Positions 8,154 to 18,795 of a DNA stretch of 51,508 nt are shown piece after piece. Positions within the stretch are counted from its first letter, which is position 1, and each line of letters begins with the position of its first letter. The notes beneath the pieces are model-generated. The model did no database searches. It was not told the DNA's origin and saw only the letters and a list, made by a program, of their open reading frames with translations. The position numbers were made by a program, and so were the translations under genes. The stretch comes from a candidate division WOR-3 bacterium (GTDB taxonomy: Bacteria > Hydrothermota > UBA3073), in contig JAYENM010000169.1 of the NCBI GenBank assembly GCA_034722095.1, positions 1-51,508 on the forward strand, given 5' to 3'.

Positions 8154-10588
8154 ATGGACCTAATCAGAAAGATGAAAAGGTTATTACTTGTATTTGTCGT
8201 GACACTTGCCGCACGGGCATCTCCTCAGATGATTGCAGATATCACTGAAGATGTGGAAACCGAGTTCGGCACATACCATCCATATACAGTGAATGTCCAG
8301 CCGAGTATCCCCCCGTATTCGATAGAACCGGATTTCTCCAATGTTGTGAACTACAGTGACTTTGAGTTTACAGAAGATGACGAGTTGTATCTTCTCCAGA
8401 ACGCATTCTGCGTAGCCCCTTCAATCTATATGGAGATGTACGACATATACAACGAGGCAAGAGAGAATAATATACCAATATTCATAACTACTGACTGCGT
8501 GCTGCATACATACCATCTTCTCTATGACAAGATACTGAAGACTGCTGAAGAAGAGAGATTTACACAAGATTTGATCAATCTCACCGACGCCGTGCTCAAT
8601 CAACTTGAAACTGCCTACGATGGGGCTTTTGATACACTGGTAAGGGAGGCACTACTTCTCGATATCGCCTATGTGAGTGTGGGTTACTCCCTAATCGATA
8701 CTACTTTTATTCCGTGTCCCCTCGTTGACTCGCTCGTGGAGGCAGAACTATCTCTCATCTATGCCCACGAGGGATACACCCTCTCTCCAATCTTTGGATA
8801 TAGTGAGGACTACTCACAGTATGTCCCGAGAGGTCACTATACGGATTCAGAGGCACTTGAGAGGTTCTTCAGGGCGATGATGTGGTATGGAAGGATGACA
8901 TTTATGGTAGAACCTCCTTATTCGATGCCAGAATACGATGTCAGAAAATCCACCCGTATGGCAATAGTCTTTGTGTATGCTGTGGCAAATACAACGGTTG
9001 GAGATGAGTCCTGCATCTCTGTATGGGAGAGGATATATGTCCCCACCGTCTTCTTCGTTGGGAGAACGGACGATATTAATATCTACCAGTATATTGACAT
9101 TATGGAAGATGTCTATGGAGAGGACTTCGCATCGCAAACCCCAGACTACTTCGCAGACGAGTATCTACTGGATGAATTCGTAACAGAAGCCAGTTCGCTT
9201 CCGGGTCCCGAGATAACTACCTGGACGGTTGGGAAGGGATTCAGATTTATGGGGCAGAGGTTCATACCCGATTCGTACGTGTTGGATCAACTTGTATTCG
9301 ACAATATTCCTGATTTAAGAAGGAATTTTCCCAAAGGGCTGGATGTGATGTCTGTATTAGGCTCTAATAGAGCTTTCTGGATTCTCGATGAGATATACAA
9401 CGAGACTCAATACTATGGGTATGAGGACAAGATAGACTCTCTTAAGGTTATGTTTGCCGCACTTCCCGATGCCACCTGGGCTCAAAATCTTTACTGGAAC
9501 TGGTTATATTGTCTTATGCCCCTTCTTTTCCCAAAGGGAGAGGATACCCGCTGTTCATGCAGAATGAAGGGTGACGGGACAGGGAAATCTTTGCATCACT
9601 CGGCTCCTGGGCAGAACTTCGGCACGACACCGTACTGTATGCAAAACAGAGTACTACAGAAGTGGGCTCTCCACCCCCACCACCGCAGACACCGGGCTAT
9701 GTCGAACCCAATCCGTATCTGTATGCACGCCTTGCGTCTCTTGCAGAATATATGAAAGAAGGACTCGCTAGCCTTGACCTCCTCTTTTACGACCACGGGG
9801 AAAGACTAACAGCACTGAGGAATCTTCTTCTGTGTCTCAAGGTTTTGAGTGAGATGGAACTTCAAAACATACCACTCTCAGATGAGGACTACGAGTTAAT
9901 AAACTCCATCGGTGGCATTCTCCAGAATCTTGTGTACTTTGAGGATGAATACTCCGACGACCAATCAGAGGCTCCCTCTTTCGATTCTGACGACCAGATG
10001 CCGGTTGTGGCAGATGTGCATACCGATATGAATACACTGTGCTGTCTTGAGGAGGGTGTCGGTTATCCATTTTATATCTATACGATAGCCCCCATAGAGG
10101 GAGAATTACATATCACGAGGGGCGCCTGTTTTTCATACTTCGAGTTCATACAACCCATCTGTGACAGGCTGACGGACGAGGCGTGGCAGGAGATAATCCA
10201 GACAGATGCACCATCACTTCCCGTATGGGTCCAGAGTTTTATGGACTCATCGCAGGATTGTACCGTCCCTTATTCTGACCACTACTGGGGATCTGGGGGT
10301 CTCCTTACCGAAGTTCAGGAATCCGTTATTCAATTGCGACCCGAAATCGTTGTCCCGAACCCGACGAAACTACCCTTGGAGATCTCATATTTTCTTCCAA
10401 AAGGCTGTTTTGTGACTCTTGAGCTTTACGATGTAATGGGAAGGAGGATAAAAACGCTCTTCCGGGGATGGCAGGATGAGGGTTCACATCCAGCCACATT
10501 TAACGGAGACTGCCCTGAGGGTGTCTATTTCCTGAGACTTACAGCAGGCAGGAGACAGACTACAAAGAAGATAATTATCCTGAAATAG
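8154..10588 (+). pseudogene. DUF3160-family secreted protein with T9SS C-terminal sorting domain, disrupted by a frameshift plus an in-frame TGA
   Basis: Track ORFs 8154-9755 and 9662-10588 are one gene. Frame 0 is protein-like up to PLLFPKGE (about 9542) and then turns into R/H/C-rich nonsense. The -1 frame continues GYPLFMQNEG, TGA (9572-9574), RDREIFASLGSWAELRHDTVLYAKQS. DUF3160-like motifs are YVPRGHYT, FFRAMMWYGR and FRFMGQRFIPDSY. The C-terminus LELYDVMGRRIKTLF...GVYFLRLTAG...KKIIILK is a T9SS tail. Confidence 0.7.
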
Positions 10589-10676
10589 GATGAGGCTAAA
10601 GGTATCAACCTTTGGAATTAAGGCGTAAGCCTTTTATTTATATAAAATCCTTACGGATGAATTCCTTACGAACTGG

Positions 10677-12008
10677 TCAAAAGAACTCCTCCACAGAGAT
10701 GAGTTCTTCTATACCTTTGCCTATCGGGTCCTGATGGAATCTCTCCCTTATTATTCCATTGTTCAGATAATTGTTCAATGATATGAGTATCAGCGCCTGA
10801 TCAAGGCAGAGATATATCTTTGCTACATTACCAGTTTTGGGGTCAACGGAATCATAGAAGCCATATTCACCATAGATGTCGTAACATAGCAGTCTTTTTA
10901 TGTTCTGTATCACCTCCTCTGGTAGAAACTCAATCGCAAGAAATGTAGCATATGGTGTAACTATTTCATCTGGGTAGCCATCCTTCTTCTCTCCAATCAA
11001 AGGGACTCCATACTCCCTATAATTGTAGTCGGGAGCACAACAGGGTGACATACCCCATACTGAATAGCCCTTCTCATTCAGACAGTAATCAATGTGAACT
11101 ACCACAGCAAAGGAGTCATTTGCGCCGAGACTTTTTTGAGCAAGTTCCTTCTCATTTACAAACAGTGCGGGCATCAGGAATTCAAACAGACTACCTCCCC
11201 AACTCGGCACAATTTTTATATCCTTATATAAGTAATACCCTTCAAATACATCAACACCGACATACCTTTTCATCTTTCCTTGTACATCCTTATCCGGTAG
11301 AACCCGGTATATCTTGAAGTAGTGCTCCTTTGGAACATCTCCCTTTCCTATAGCAAGTAGACTCACAGCTCTTGATTCTGTGCACAGTAACCCATAGTGA
11401 TAGGGAGAGTACTCTCTACTCTTTGCATCATATCCATGCCACATCTGTCCTGTACTATCATCGTAGAAGAAAGACAAATTCTGGCTTTCTATTATACCGC
11501 TGCATAATTCGGAGATTTCAGGAAATGTCTGGCGGGCAATTATAAGCCCCATACTGAACCAACCACTGTCTACTGAAGATATGAAATCGGTTGTACGTTT
11601 AAGTGGACACAAGTCATACCAGTTGAATAGCCATCCTTCAAATTTCTCCATCCCTTCAATTGTAAAAAGCACCTGCCTTATCCTTGAGATTGCCTCCTCT
11701 CTTTCTATAAATCCAAGGTCGTATGCAGATATCACAGATACCATATAAAGTCCTATGTTTGTTGGGGATGTGTAACCTCCAATCTCAACTTGAGGTGAAA
11801 GTCTTATGTGGTCAACCGGTAGGCCCATCTTCTTGTCCACCATATCCCTGAAATATCCCCAGGTATCTCTTGCTATCCTTCTCAGGAGTTGAATAGAATC
11901 GCAAGGTATGTCTACCCGAATTACGGTATCCCTTGGGTATCCAAGGAGGTCATCTGGAGCAAGAGCGCTTATAGTCAAAAATAGCAATATCCCATACATA
12001 AGTTTCAT
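10677..12008 (-). CDS. DUF3131/glucoamylase-like (alpha/alpha)6-barrel protein, related to GH144-type beta-1,2-glucanases (tentative)
   Basis: It has a signal peptide, then GGYTSPTNIGLYMVSVISAY, FEGWLFNWYD and a C-terminal GEYGFYDSVDPKTG...YLCLDQALILISLNNYL resembling the Glycoamylase/DUF3131 families. A 4-nt overlap couples it to the upstream GH144-like gene. Confidence 0.55.
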   Translation of the reverse strand: MKLMYGILLFLTISALAPDDLLGYPRDTVIRVDIPCDSIQLLRRIARDTWGYFRDMVDKKMGLPVDHIRLSPQVEIGGYTSPTNIGLYMVSVISAYDLGFIEREEAISRIRQVLFTIEGMEKFEGWLFNWYDLCPLKRTTDFISSVDSGWFSMGLIIARQTFPEISELCSGIIESQNLSFFYDDSTGQMWHGYDAKSREYSPYHYGLLCTESRAVSLLAIGKGDVPKEHYFKIYRVLPDKDVQGKMKRYVGVDVFEGYYLYKDIKIVPSWGGSLFEFLMPALFVNEKELAQKSLGANDSFAVVVHIDYCLNEKGYSVWGMSPCCAPDYNYREYGVPLIGEKKDGYPDEIVTPYATFLAIEFLPEEVIQNIKRLLCYDIYGEYGFYDSVDPKTGNVAKIYLCLDQALILISLNNYLNNGIIRERFHQDPIGKGIEELISVEEFF

Positions 12009-14722
12009 CTTATCAACACGAGCTTGACAGTCTCATCTTCCTCCCCACTCTCCACCCGGCAGAAGTAAATACCCTTTCCTACCTTTCTACCGTTTCTGTC
12101 TTTTCCATCCCATTCTGCTGTCTGAACGCCCCTCTCCATCATCCCATTCGTAAGGGTTTTTACCAGCCTACCACAAACATCGTATACAGAAACTGTAATA
12201 TGACCGTCCTTCGGTAGACCGAAACTTACGGTTGTCTTATTCTGGAAAGGATTCGGATAGCATTTAAGTGATGTAACAATCGTAGTAGGAGATTCTTCTA
12301 CCCCCGTAAATCCCGCCATATCCATAGCCTTTGTAATCTCATTGTTCTGCATAAACCTATCCCATACAAGTCCGCTTAAATAGTTTTCTATCATAATAAC
12401 AATAGGTCCCTGATCTATCCCTATATAATCATTGTCAAACCAGTCGGGTTCTATACTGATATTGAAAGCATCCTTGAACCCATAAGTTCCAAAAAAATCA
12501 CTTCTGTAGTTGTCATACATATACCTGAGTGTCTGATATGAGTAATCCGGAGTGAATGGTGTCGAACCCGCAGCAGCAGTAGGTGCAATTGTACCATCGT
12601 CAAACTGGAAAGGTCCCCTCGCCTGATAGAAATAAGGAGGAGGTCCATCACAGGCAGTGAGCCCCCAGAGATTCTCGCCGTAACCATCAAAACTGTTGGG
12701 ATTGTCAATACAGTATTCCCTGTTTATAAGTGTTGCATTTACAGAGTTATTAAAGTAGTCGGTGTGTAAATCCACCCGATCTCTGAAATCGACCCAGCAA
12801 TGGGTGTATTGATAAGTGAAGAGCGAGGCAGATGCACTCACCACATCCAGAGTAATACCGTAATAGGTAGCGGGTCCCTGATATGTGCTTGCCCATCCAA
12901 GTTCATAACACTCAGGGGGTATAGGATGTGTGGGAGATCCAATAGCCAGAATGTATGCTATCATTGCCTCATTATAACCAGTCAGTCTCATCCCTATACC
13001 ACTGAAACCATAGTTTGGGGACCAGTGCCAGCTCATTGTACGGAGTGTATCACCTGTTTCATTTTGCAGCATCCAATCCCACTCAGCATTCTCATATAAC
13101 TGAGTTGCAAGCTCCCTTATCGCTGTCTCAATGGAATCTCCACCGTCGAAGTACTGTCTGCAGGTGAGTGCACCAGCAATAAGATAAGAAGTTTCCACGA
13201 CATCTGCCCCATCATCCCGCGGGCTAAATGGGCTTACCTCCCCAGTTTCCATGTTGATCCAGTGACTGTACAAACCATGAAAATTTGGAACGACATCATT
13301 ATAAAACCTAAGTATTTTCAATACCCTCTGCGCACCCTCCTCTCTCTCTATCCATCCTCTCTCACAGGCAACGCATATCGAGGTTAACCCAAATCCTGTT
13401 GCCCCTGTAGCGCCTGTTACTGTACCAGTCATCCTCTCCTGAACGACCCCAGTATTTGGGTCTGCACAATTCCAGAAGTAGAGGAACGCCTTCCGTGCTA
13501 CCATCTCCAAAAATTCATCCTGATTTAAGGCGATGGGAATTGCCTTCAGCGTATCTGAACTCTCGCTCTCATGTTCAGATTCGTCAATGGCTGTAGCAAA
13601 ATACCAGTAGGTGTTACCGTTGGAAACGCTATCGTCAACATAGTAAGGTGTTGATAAAAGAGAGGTGTTAATTATTGAATACCCTCCTCCTGGAGTTTCC
13701 TCCCTATAGAGATTATAACCAAGAATATCCCATTCCTGATTATCATCCCAACCAATGATTAATCTACTATCCAACTCTTCCACCCACATCCCCGTTGGGG
13801 GCGATGGCGCGGTTGTATCTACCTCAGGTATTGTCCATACTTCATTCGAGTTTTCGCTTTCGTTGCCTCTCGTATCTATTGCTCTAACTACATAATAGTA
13901 TGTATTTCCATTTACGAGACCCCTGTCTATGTATCTCGATTCCATTGCAATACTGGCATTTACTCTATGGTAAGTTCCTCCTTGGAGGGAAGAACGGTAG
14001 ACTATATATCCCATAAGGTCTTCCTCCGTATTGTCATCCCAGTCAAGATAAACACACTCGTTACCATGGTCTGCAACCAGACCAGCAGGGGCATCAGGTG
14101 GAATTGTGTCCACCTCACCCCACACCACCCTTATTTCATCTACCCAGATAGTATGCAGGCTATCGTCATCCATCCCCTGGTTGAATCTAATGGTCTTCAG
14201 CTTATTCAGGTCGAAATCACCGTAGGGCTTAAAAGCAGTAAGTGGAATAATCACCCTCTGCCAGGTAAGTGTATCCCCATCTATACCATTAAGGTAGTCG
14301 GACATATTCGCAAGAGGCGAGCTCTGGTTATCAAGGTCCTCCAATCCTATCTTTGGAAGCAATGCACCATTTAGTTCCAAGGGGCCATTGATGAAGAGGA
14401 GTAAGTTACTATACCCATCAGCATTGTGGGGTGTCCACCCAGGAGAAGCGATAAAAATCCTCCAGTGACCTCCTGGTGCAGATAGCCACTCAATTATACC
14501 AGAATGTCTACCAACATAACTGTGTATACTATCTATTGGAAGTTTGTCATTACCGGGTCCTGCAAGCAGCAGATAACTACCATCCTGGCAGATCCCCCAG
14601 GATGCATCATAATATCCCCAATCTGCATAGTCATCCTCAGTGAATATCACAATGTCTGGTTGAGTTCCTGCAAGAACTATTGGGTATATCAATATCGAAA
14701 AGATAAAAACTCGCCTTAACAT
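12005..14722 (-). CDS. secreted multidomain glycoside hydrolase: N-terminal module, 2 FN3 domains, GH144-like (putative endo-beta-1,2-glucanase) domain, T9SS sorting domain
   Basis: There are two FN3-like repeats (YLDWDDNTEEDLMGYIVYRS...NGNTYYYVVRAID and IGWDDNQEWDILGYNLYRE...NGNTYWYFATAID). The catalytic region carries FWNCADPNTGVVQER, GATGFGLTSICVACERGWI, FHGLYSHWINMETGEV, VETSYLIAGALTCRQYF, WHWSPNYGF, GYNEAMIAYILAIGSPTHPI and GIDQGPIVIMIENY. The tail is YPNPFQNKTTVSF...VYDVCGRLVKTL...GIYFCRVESG...LVLIR. Confidence 0.7.
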   Translation of the reverse strand: MLRRVFIFSILIYPIVLAGTQPDIVIFTEDDYADWGYYDASWGICQDGSYLLLAGPGNDKLPIDSIHSYVGRHSGIIEWLSAPGGHWRIFIASPGWTPHNADGYSNLLLFINGPLELNGALLPKIGLEDLDNQSSPLANMSDYLNGIDGDTLTWQRVIIPLTAFKPYGDFDLNKLKTIRFNQGMDDDSLHTIWVDEIRVVWGEVDTIPPDAPAGLVADHGNECVYLDWDDNTEEDLMGYIVYRSSLQGGTYHRVNASIAMESRYIDRGLVNGNTYYYVVRAIDTRGNESENSNEVWTIPEVDTTAPSPPTGMWVEELDSRLIIGWDDNQEWDILGYNLYREETPGGGYSIINTSLLSTPYYVDDSVSNGNTYWYFATAIDESEHESESSDTLKAIPIALNQDEFLEMVARKAFLYFWNCADPNTGVVQERMTGTVTGATGATGFGLTSICVACERGWIEREEGAQRVLKILRFYNDVVPNFHGLYSHWINMETGEVSPFSPRDDGADVVETSYLIAGALTCRQYFDGGDSIETAIRELATQLYENAEWDWMLQNETGDTLRTMSWHWSPNYGFSGIGMRLTGYNEAMIAYILAIGSPTHPIPPECYELGWASTYQGPATYYGITLDVVSASASLFTYQYTHCWVDFRDRVDLHTDYFNNSVNATLINREYCIDNPNSFDGYGENLWGLTACDGPPPYFYQARGPFQFDDGTIAPTAAAGSTPFTPDYSYQTLRYMYDNYRSDFFGTYGFKDAFNISIEPDWFDNDYIGIDQGPIVIMIENYLSGLVWDRFMQNNEITKAMDMAGFTGVEESPTTIVTSLKCYPNPFQNKTTVSFGLPKDGHITVSVYDVCGRLVKTLTNGMMERGVQTAEWDGKDRNGRKVGKGIYFCRVESGEEDETVKLVLIR

Positions 14723-14734
14723 AATACCTCCCTA

Positions 14735-17101
14735 TTATCCCATCAATACATAAACCTTATGCTCTTTCCCATCACCGAAGGCTGAAATTATATTCGTCGC
14801 TACCTTTTTGCCATCCACAGAAATCTCTTTTATTCCCCTGTTTAAATGAGCTGGATTTCTGACCTCTATATCATACATATCTCCTCTGAATCGTCTCCTT
14901 ATTCTGAATCTACGCCATTTTCTTGGTATGCAGGGGTCGATAGTAAGGCCTTCGTAAGTCGGACGAATTCCAAGTATCCATTCAGTTATAACCCTAAAGA
15001 GCCAGGCTGCTGAACCTGTATACCAAGCCCAACTTCCTCTTCCAAAGTGAGGGGAGTCTGGTCCATAAACATCCCCTGCGATAACATAAGGTTCACATAG
15101 GTAGAGGTCAGGATTACTTGCACAGTTTATAGGAGAGATTTTTCTATACATCTCAAAGGCTTTGTCTCCTCTGTCAAGTATACATTCTGCCATTATCGCC
15201 CAGGTTGCAGCATGTGTATACCTTCCACCATTCTCTCTGACACCTGGCGGATACCTTGTAAGATACCCTATATGCTTATCTGGGGTCGAATAAGCCGGGT
15301 AGAAGAGAAGAGGCCCATATTCCCTATCAAGTATCTCCTCCACCGAACGCATCGCCTCCTCAGCCCTATCCTCTTCGGCAACTTCATTTATCACCGCCCA
15401 TGTCTGGGCATTCAGGAATATCTTTCCCTCATTGCAGGCCCTGCTTCCCACAGGTGTTCCGTCGTCTTTTGTACCCCTTATATACCATTTGCCATCCCAC
15501 GCATATTTGTTTACGGCCTCTTTTAACTCCTCCGCCTTTTTCCTGTAATGTTCGGCGAGGGCTCTATCACCTCTCTCCACCATTCTTGCAAATCCTTTCA
15601 AGATACCATACAGAAAATGTGCCAACCATACAGACTCACCCTTCACAGCCTTTCCCATAGCATTCAAACCATCGTTCCAGTCTCCATCCCCAATAAGAGG
15701 TAGACCCCTGGGACTCATTCTCTTAAGCGCTCTATCTATTGCCCTGCAGCAATGGTTATAGAGTGATTCTTTTATCTCATTATCCACATACCTTTCTCTC
15801 TCTTCTAGTATACTGAAGTCAGACGTCTCCTTTAGATAGTTGATAACAACATACGGAAGCCACAAGAGGTCATCTGTCATATTTGTTCTCATACCAAATT
15901 CTGATATATCATGCCACCAGTGATATACAGTTCCATCAAAAAATTGACGGCGTGAGTGGAGAAGTATCTGTCTTTTTATCAGGTCTGGTTTAATTGGGAG
16001 AAATACTTGACCATCCTGAAGTTGGTCCCTGAATCCAAATCCACCTGCCTGCTGATAGTAACCTGCCCTTGCCCAAAGCCTCCCCGAGATTGCCTGATAT
16101 TTAAGCCAGATATTCGCCAGCATGTTCATTGAATCATCGGGCGTCTCTATCCATACCGTATCAAGATATGACCTCCAGAACTTATCTAAATCATAAAATG
16201 CGCCCTGGACACTTTTCTCGTCTTTATATTTATTTATCAAAAGGGCTGCCTCTTCTCTTTTCTTTGCTACTCCCAATGTGAATATGATTGTCTTCTCCTC
16301 ACCAGGTGAAAGTTCAATATCAATTTTTAAACTTGCAATTGGGTCAATCTCTTTGCCTTCTCTATTCCCTATTTTATTTTTCTCAACGGCTATGGGATTT
16401 TTTTCCGAACGGTGGAGACCAAGGAATGACTCCCTGTCACAGTCAAAACTGCTCACCCGCCTGCTTGCAGAGTGAAACGCAATGTAATCCAAAGAAGCAT
16501 TTCTATCTCTACCAGGGACATCCCATAGCCTTGAGGTGGCAAATATGCCATTAAGGGTTGGGTCAAACGATGTCTCAATAAAAAGTTTGTGAAACTCTTT
16601 ATGGGTATCCTGCGGAACTCCCAATCTCCATTCCATATAGGTAAATATAGAAAGTGACCGTGCCCTTGTTGAAATATTTTTTATTTTTAGTCTCCATAAC
16701 TCTAAGGTCTCATCAGGTGGGATAAAGAGAAGAAGTTCGGTATCTATCCCGTAGTTTCTGGAATTTATAATCGTGTACCCTATACCATGTTTACATTCGT
16801 ATTTTTGCGGTTTCATGCAAATTGGCTTATAGGTTACAGACCAGTACTTGCCAGATTCATTGTCCATTATATATACAAACTTTCCAAATTCGTCTTTTAA
16901 TAGATCCTCTTGCCAAGCTGTAAGCGCGCTCAAGTTCGAGTCCTTATACCAGCTGTAACCCCCCCCTGCCTGTGATATCATAAGCGAGTATTCTCCGTTG
17001 GATATCACATTTATCCATGGTTTTGGGGTATCGGGTCTTGTTATTATATATTCTCTCCCGTCGTCTGAGAAATATCCGTATTTGTTCTTGAATCTTGCCA
17101 T
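14735..17101 (-). CDS. GH94-family glycan phosphorylase (cellobiose/chitobiose/beta-1,2-oligoglucan phosphorylase family; specificity not assignable)
   Basis: The N-terminus YGYFSDDGREYIITRPDTPKPWINVI is colinear with the cellobiose phosphorylase MxFGxFDDxxREYVITxPxTPxPWINY. GFGFRDQLQD, the catalytic-Asp region GLPLIGDGDWNDGLN, YPPGVRENGGRYTHAATW and WYTGSAAWLF are also present. Confidence 0.85.
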   Translation of the reverse strand: MARFKNKYGYFSDDGREYIITRPDTPKPWINVISNGEYSLMISQAGGGYSWYKDSNLSALTAWQEDLLKDEFGKFVYIMDNESGKYWSVTYKPICMKPQKYECKHGIGYTIINSRNYGIDTELLLFIPPDETLELWRLKIKNISTRARSLSIFTYMEWRLGVPQDTHKEFHKLFIETSFDPTLNGIFATSRLWDVPGRDRNASLDYIAFHSASRRVSSFDCDRESFLGLHRSEKNPIAVEKNKIGNREGKEIDPIASLKIDIELSPGEEKTIIFTLGVAKKREEAALLINKYKDEKSVQGAFYDLDKFWRSYLDTVWIETPDDSMNMLANIWLKYQAISGRLWARAGYYQQAGGFGFRDQLQDGQVFLPIKPDLIKRQILLHSRRQFFDGTVYHWWHDISEFGMRTNMTDDLLWLPYVVINYLKETSDFSILEERERYVDNEIKESLYNHCCRAIDRALKRMSPRGLPLIGDGDWNDGLNAMGKAVKGESVWLAHFLYGILKGFARMVERGDRALAEHYRKKAEELKEAVNKYAWDGKWYIRGTKDDGTPVGSRACNEGKIFLNAQTWAVINEVAEEDRAEEAMRSVEEILDREYGPLLFYPAYSTPDKHIGYLTRYPPGVRENGGRYTHAATWAIMAECILDRGDKAFEMYRKISPINCASNPDLYLCEPYVIAGDVYGPDSPHFGRGSWAWYTGSAAWLFRVITEWILGIRPTYEGLTIDPCIPRKWRRFRIRRRFRGDMYDIEVRNPAHLNRGIKEISVDGKKVATNIISAFGDGKEHKVYVLMG

Positions 17102-17102
17102 A

Positions 17103-17924
17103 TTAACTCCTCATTCCAGTCAAGGCAACCCCCTGTATGAAATATCTCTGCATAAATACAAAAAGAAGGATAATCGGTGAGGTCACAACAACCGAACCTG
17201 CCATCAGTAGATTGTATTTAGTGGCATACGGTCCTGCATTAAGATTTGCAAGCGCAACAGGAAGTGTATACATAGATTCTTGTGTCATAATGATAAGCGG
17301 CCAGAAGAAGTCATTCCATGTTCCCATAAAGGTAAAAATTGCCAGCGTAGCAATTGCAGGTTTACATAGTGGTAGGATTATACTTCTGTATATCCTGAAC
17401 TCTGAACACCCATCCATCCTTGCGGCGTCAAGGAGTGAATTCGGTATGGTTTGCATGTACTGACGCAAAAGAAATATTCCAAAGGCGCTTGCCCCTGCAG
17501 GCAGAATCAATCCAAGATAGTTATTCAAAAGCCCAAGTCTCTTTAACAATAAGAAAACTGGTATAGTCGTCACCTGAGCAGGAACCATCATAGTCACCAA
17601 GAGTAGCACAAATATCTTATCTCTACCCCTGAAACGAAGTTTGACAAAGGCATAAGCTGAGAGAGAAGATAGGAGTAGCACGAGTGTTGTGACGGATATA
17701 GTAACTATAATACTGTTCCTGAGATGTACCGGGAATGCCATTCTCCTGAATAATTGTATATAAGCCTCAAAAGTTGGATTTTCTGGAATCCATTTGGGCG
17801 GAAAGGTGAATATGCCCTCCTGCGTCTTAAGAGATGAGACCACCATCCATGCAAATGGAGTAATCGTTGCGATGAAGACGACTATCAAAATGGCATAAAT
17901 AATAACCCTCATGAAATTTCTCAT
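17103..17924 (-). CDS. carbohydrate ABC transporter permease (MalG-like)
   Basis: 273 aa and polytopic, with the EAA-type loop LDAARMDGCSEFRIYRSIILPL. It lies 1 nt from the neighbouring genes on each side. Confidence 0.85.
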   Translation of the reverse strand: MRNFMRVIIYAILIVVFIATITPFAWMVVSSLKTQEGIFTFPPKWIPENPTFEAYIQLFRRMAFPVHLRNSIIVTISVTTLVLLLSSLSAYAFVKLRFRGRDKIFVLLLVTMMVPAQVTTIPVFLLLKRLGLLNNYLGLILPAGASAFGIFLLRQYMQTIPNSLLDAARMDGCSEFRIYRSIILPLCKPAIATLAIFTFMGTWNDFFWPLIIMTQESMYTLPVALANLNAGPYATKYNLLMAGSVVVTSPIILLFVFMQRYFIQGVALTGMRS

Positions 17925-17925
17925 A

Positions 17926-18795
17926 CTAATACTCCACCCCGTGTCTTATAAACCTCAACTGAAGAAGACTGAATATGAAGATTATAAAAAATAAAATGTA
18001 GGCTATGGCAGATGCATAGCCAAATCGGAAGAACTTGAATCCATTCTTATACAAATATAAAACAACAGAAAGGGTGCTGTTTACAGGACCTCCCTGGTTT
18101 GTCATAATATATGGTTCAGCAAATAGTTGAAAATAACCAATAGTAGTAATTATACACACAAAAACTGTAGTGGGTTTTAACAGTGGCAATGTTATATGGA
18201 GAAAACTTTTGAATGAATTTGCACCATCTATAACAGCAGCCTCATAGAAGCGTTTTGGTATCGCTTGTAACCCAGCGAGAAATATTACCATACTGTATCC
18301 AAAGTTCCTCCATATTGCCATTAGTATTATTGCAGGCATCGCCCACTTAGGGTCACCAAGCCAGTTTGGAGAAGTTATGTGAAAAATTTCAAGAAACCAC
18401 TTTATTATCCCATATTGTGGATTGTAAAGCCACCGCCATACTACTCCACAAGCAACGAGATTCGTTACCACGGGCAAGAAGAAACCCGTTCTGAATAAGG
18501 TTTTAACCCTCACGAGGCTGCTATTTAAGAGAATTGCCGTCGCAAGGCCGGAAAGAACAGAAAGCGGCACACCAACAAAAGTAAAATAAAAGGTGTTCTT
18601 CAGAGAACGCAAGAAGAGGGGGTCTCTTGCAAGTTCCACATAATTTCTGAATCCCACAAAGGATGCGCCCCTAAGTCCCCAATCAGTAAGGCTGACAAAA
18701 AAAGCCGCAATTATGGGTATAAAGCAGAATACGAAGAAGAGCACCAGACTGGGTGCTATAAAAAGGAAAGGAATGCTATATCTCTTTATACTCAT
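17926..18795 (-). CDS. carbohydrate ABC transporter permease (MalF-like)
   Basis: 289 aa and polytopic, with the EAA-type loop FYEAAVIDGANSFKSFLHITLPLL. Confidence 0.85.
   Translation of the reverse strand: MSIKRYSIPFLFIAPSLVLFFVFCFIPIIAAFFVSLTDWGLRGASFVGFRNYVELARDPLFLRSLKNTFYFTFVGVPLSVLSGLATAILLNSSLVRVKTLFRTGFFLPVVTNLVACGVVWRWLYNPQYGIIKWFLEIFHITSPNWLGDPKWAMPAIILMAIWRNFGYSMVIFLAGLQAIPKRFYEAAVIDGANSFKSFLHITLPLLKPTTVFVCIITTIGYFQLFAEPYIMTNQGGPVNSTLSVVLYLYKNGFKFFRFGYASAIAYILFFIIFIFSLLQLRFIRHGVEY

Noticed and set aside
9572-9574. TGA read as Trp (code 4/25) or selenocysteine in the DUF3160 gene.
   Set aside because: TGA is a genuine stop elsewhere (rplY 4975-4977, EBP 35363-35365). A frameshift lies only 30 nt upstream. 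No SECIS-like context was sought or seen. A lesion or sequencing error is the simpler explanation.
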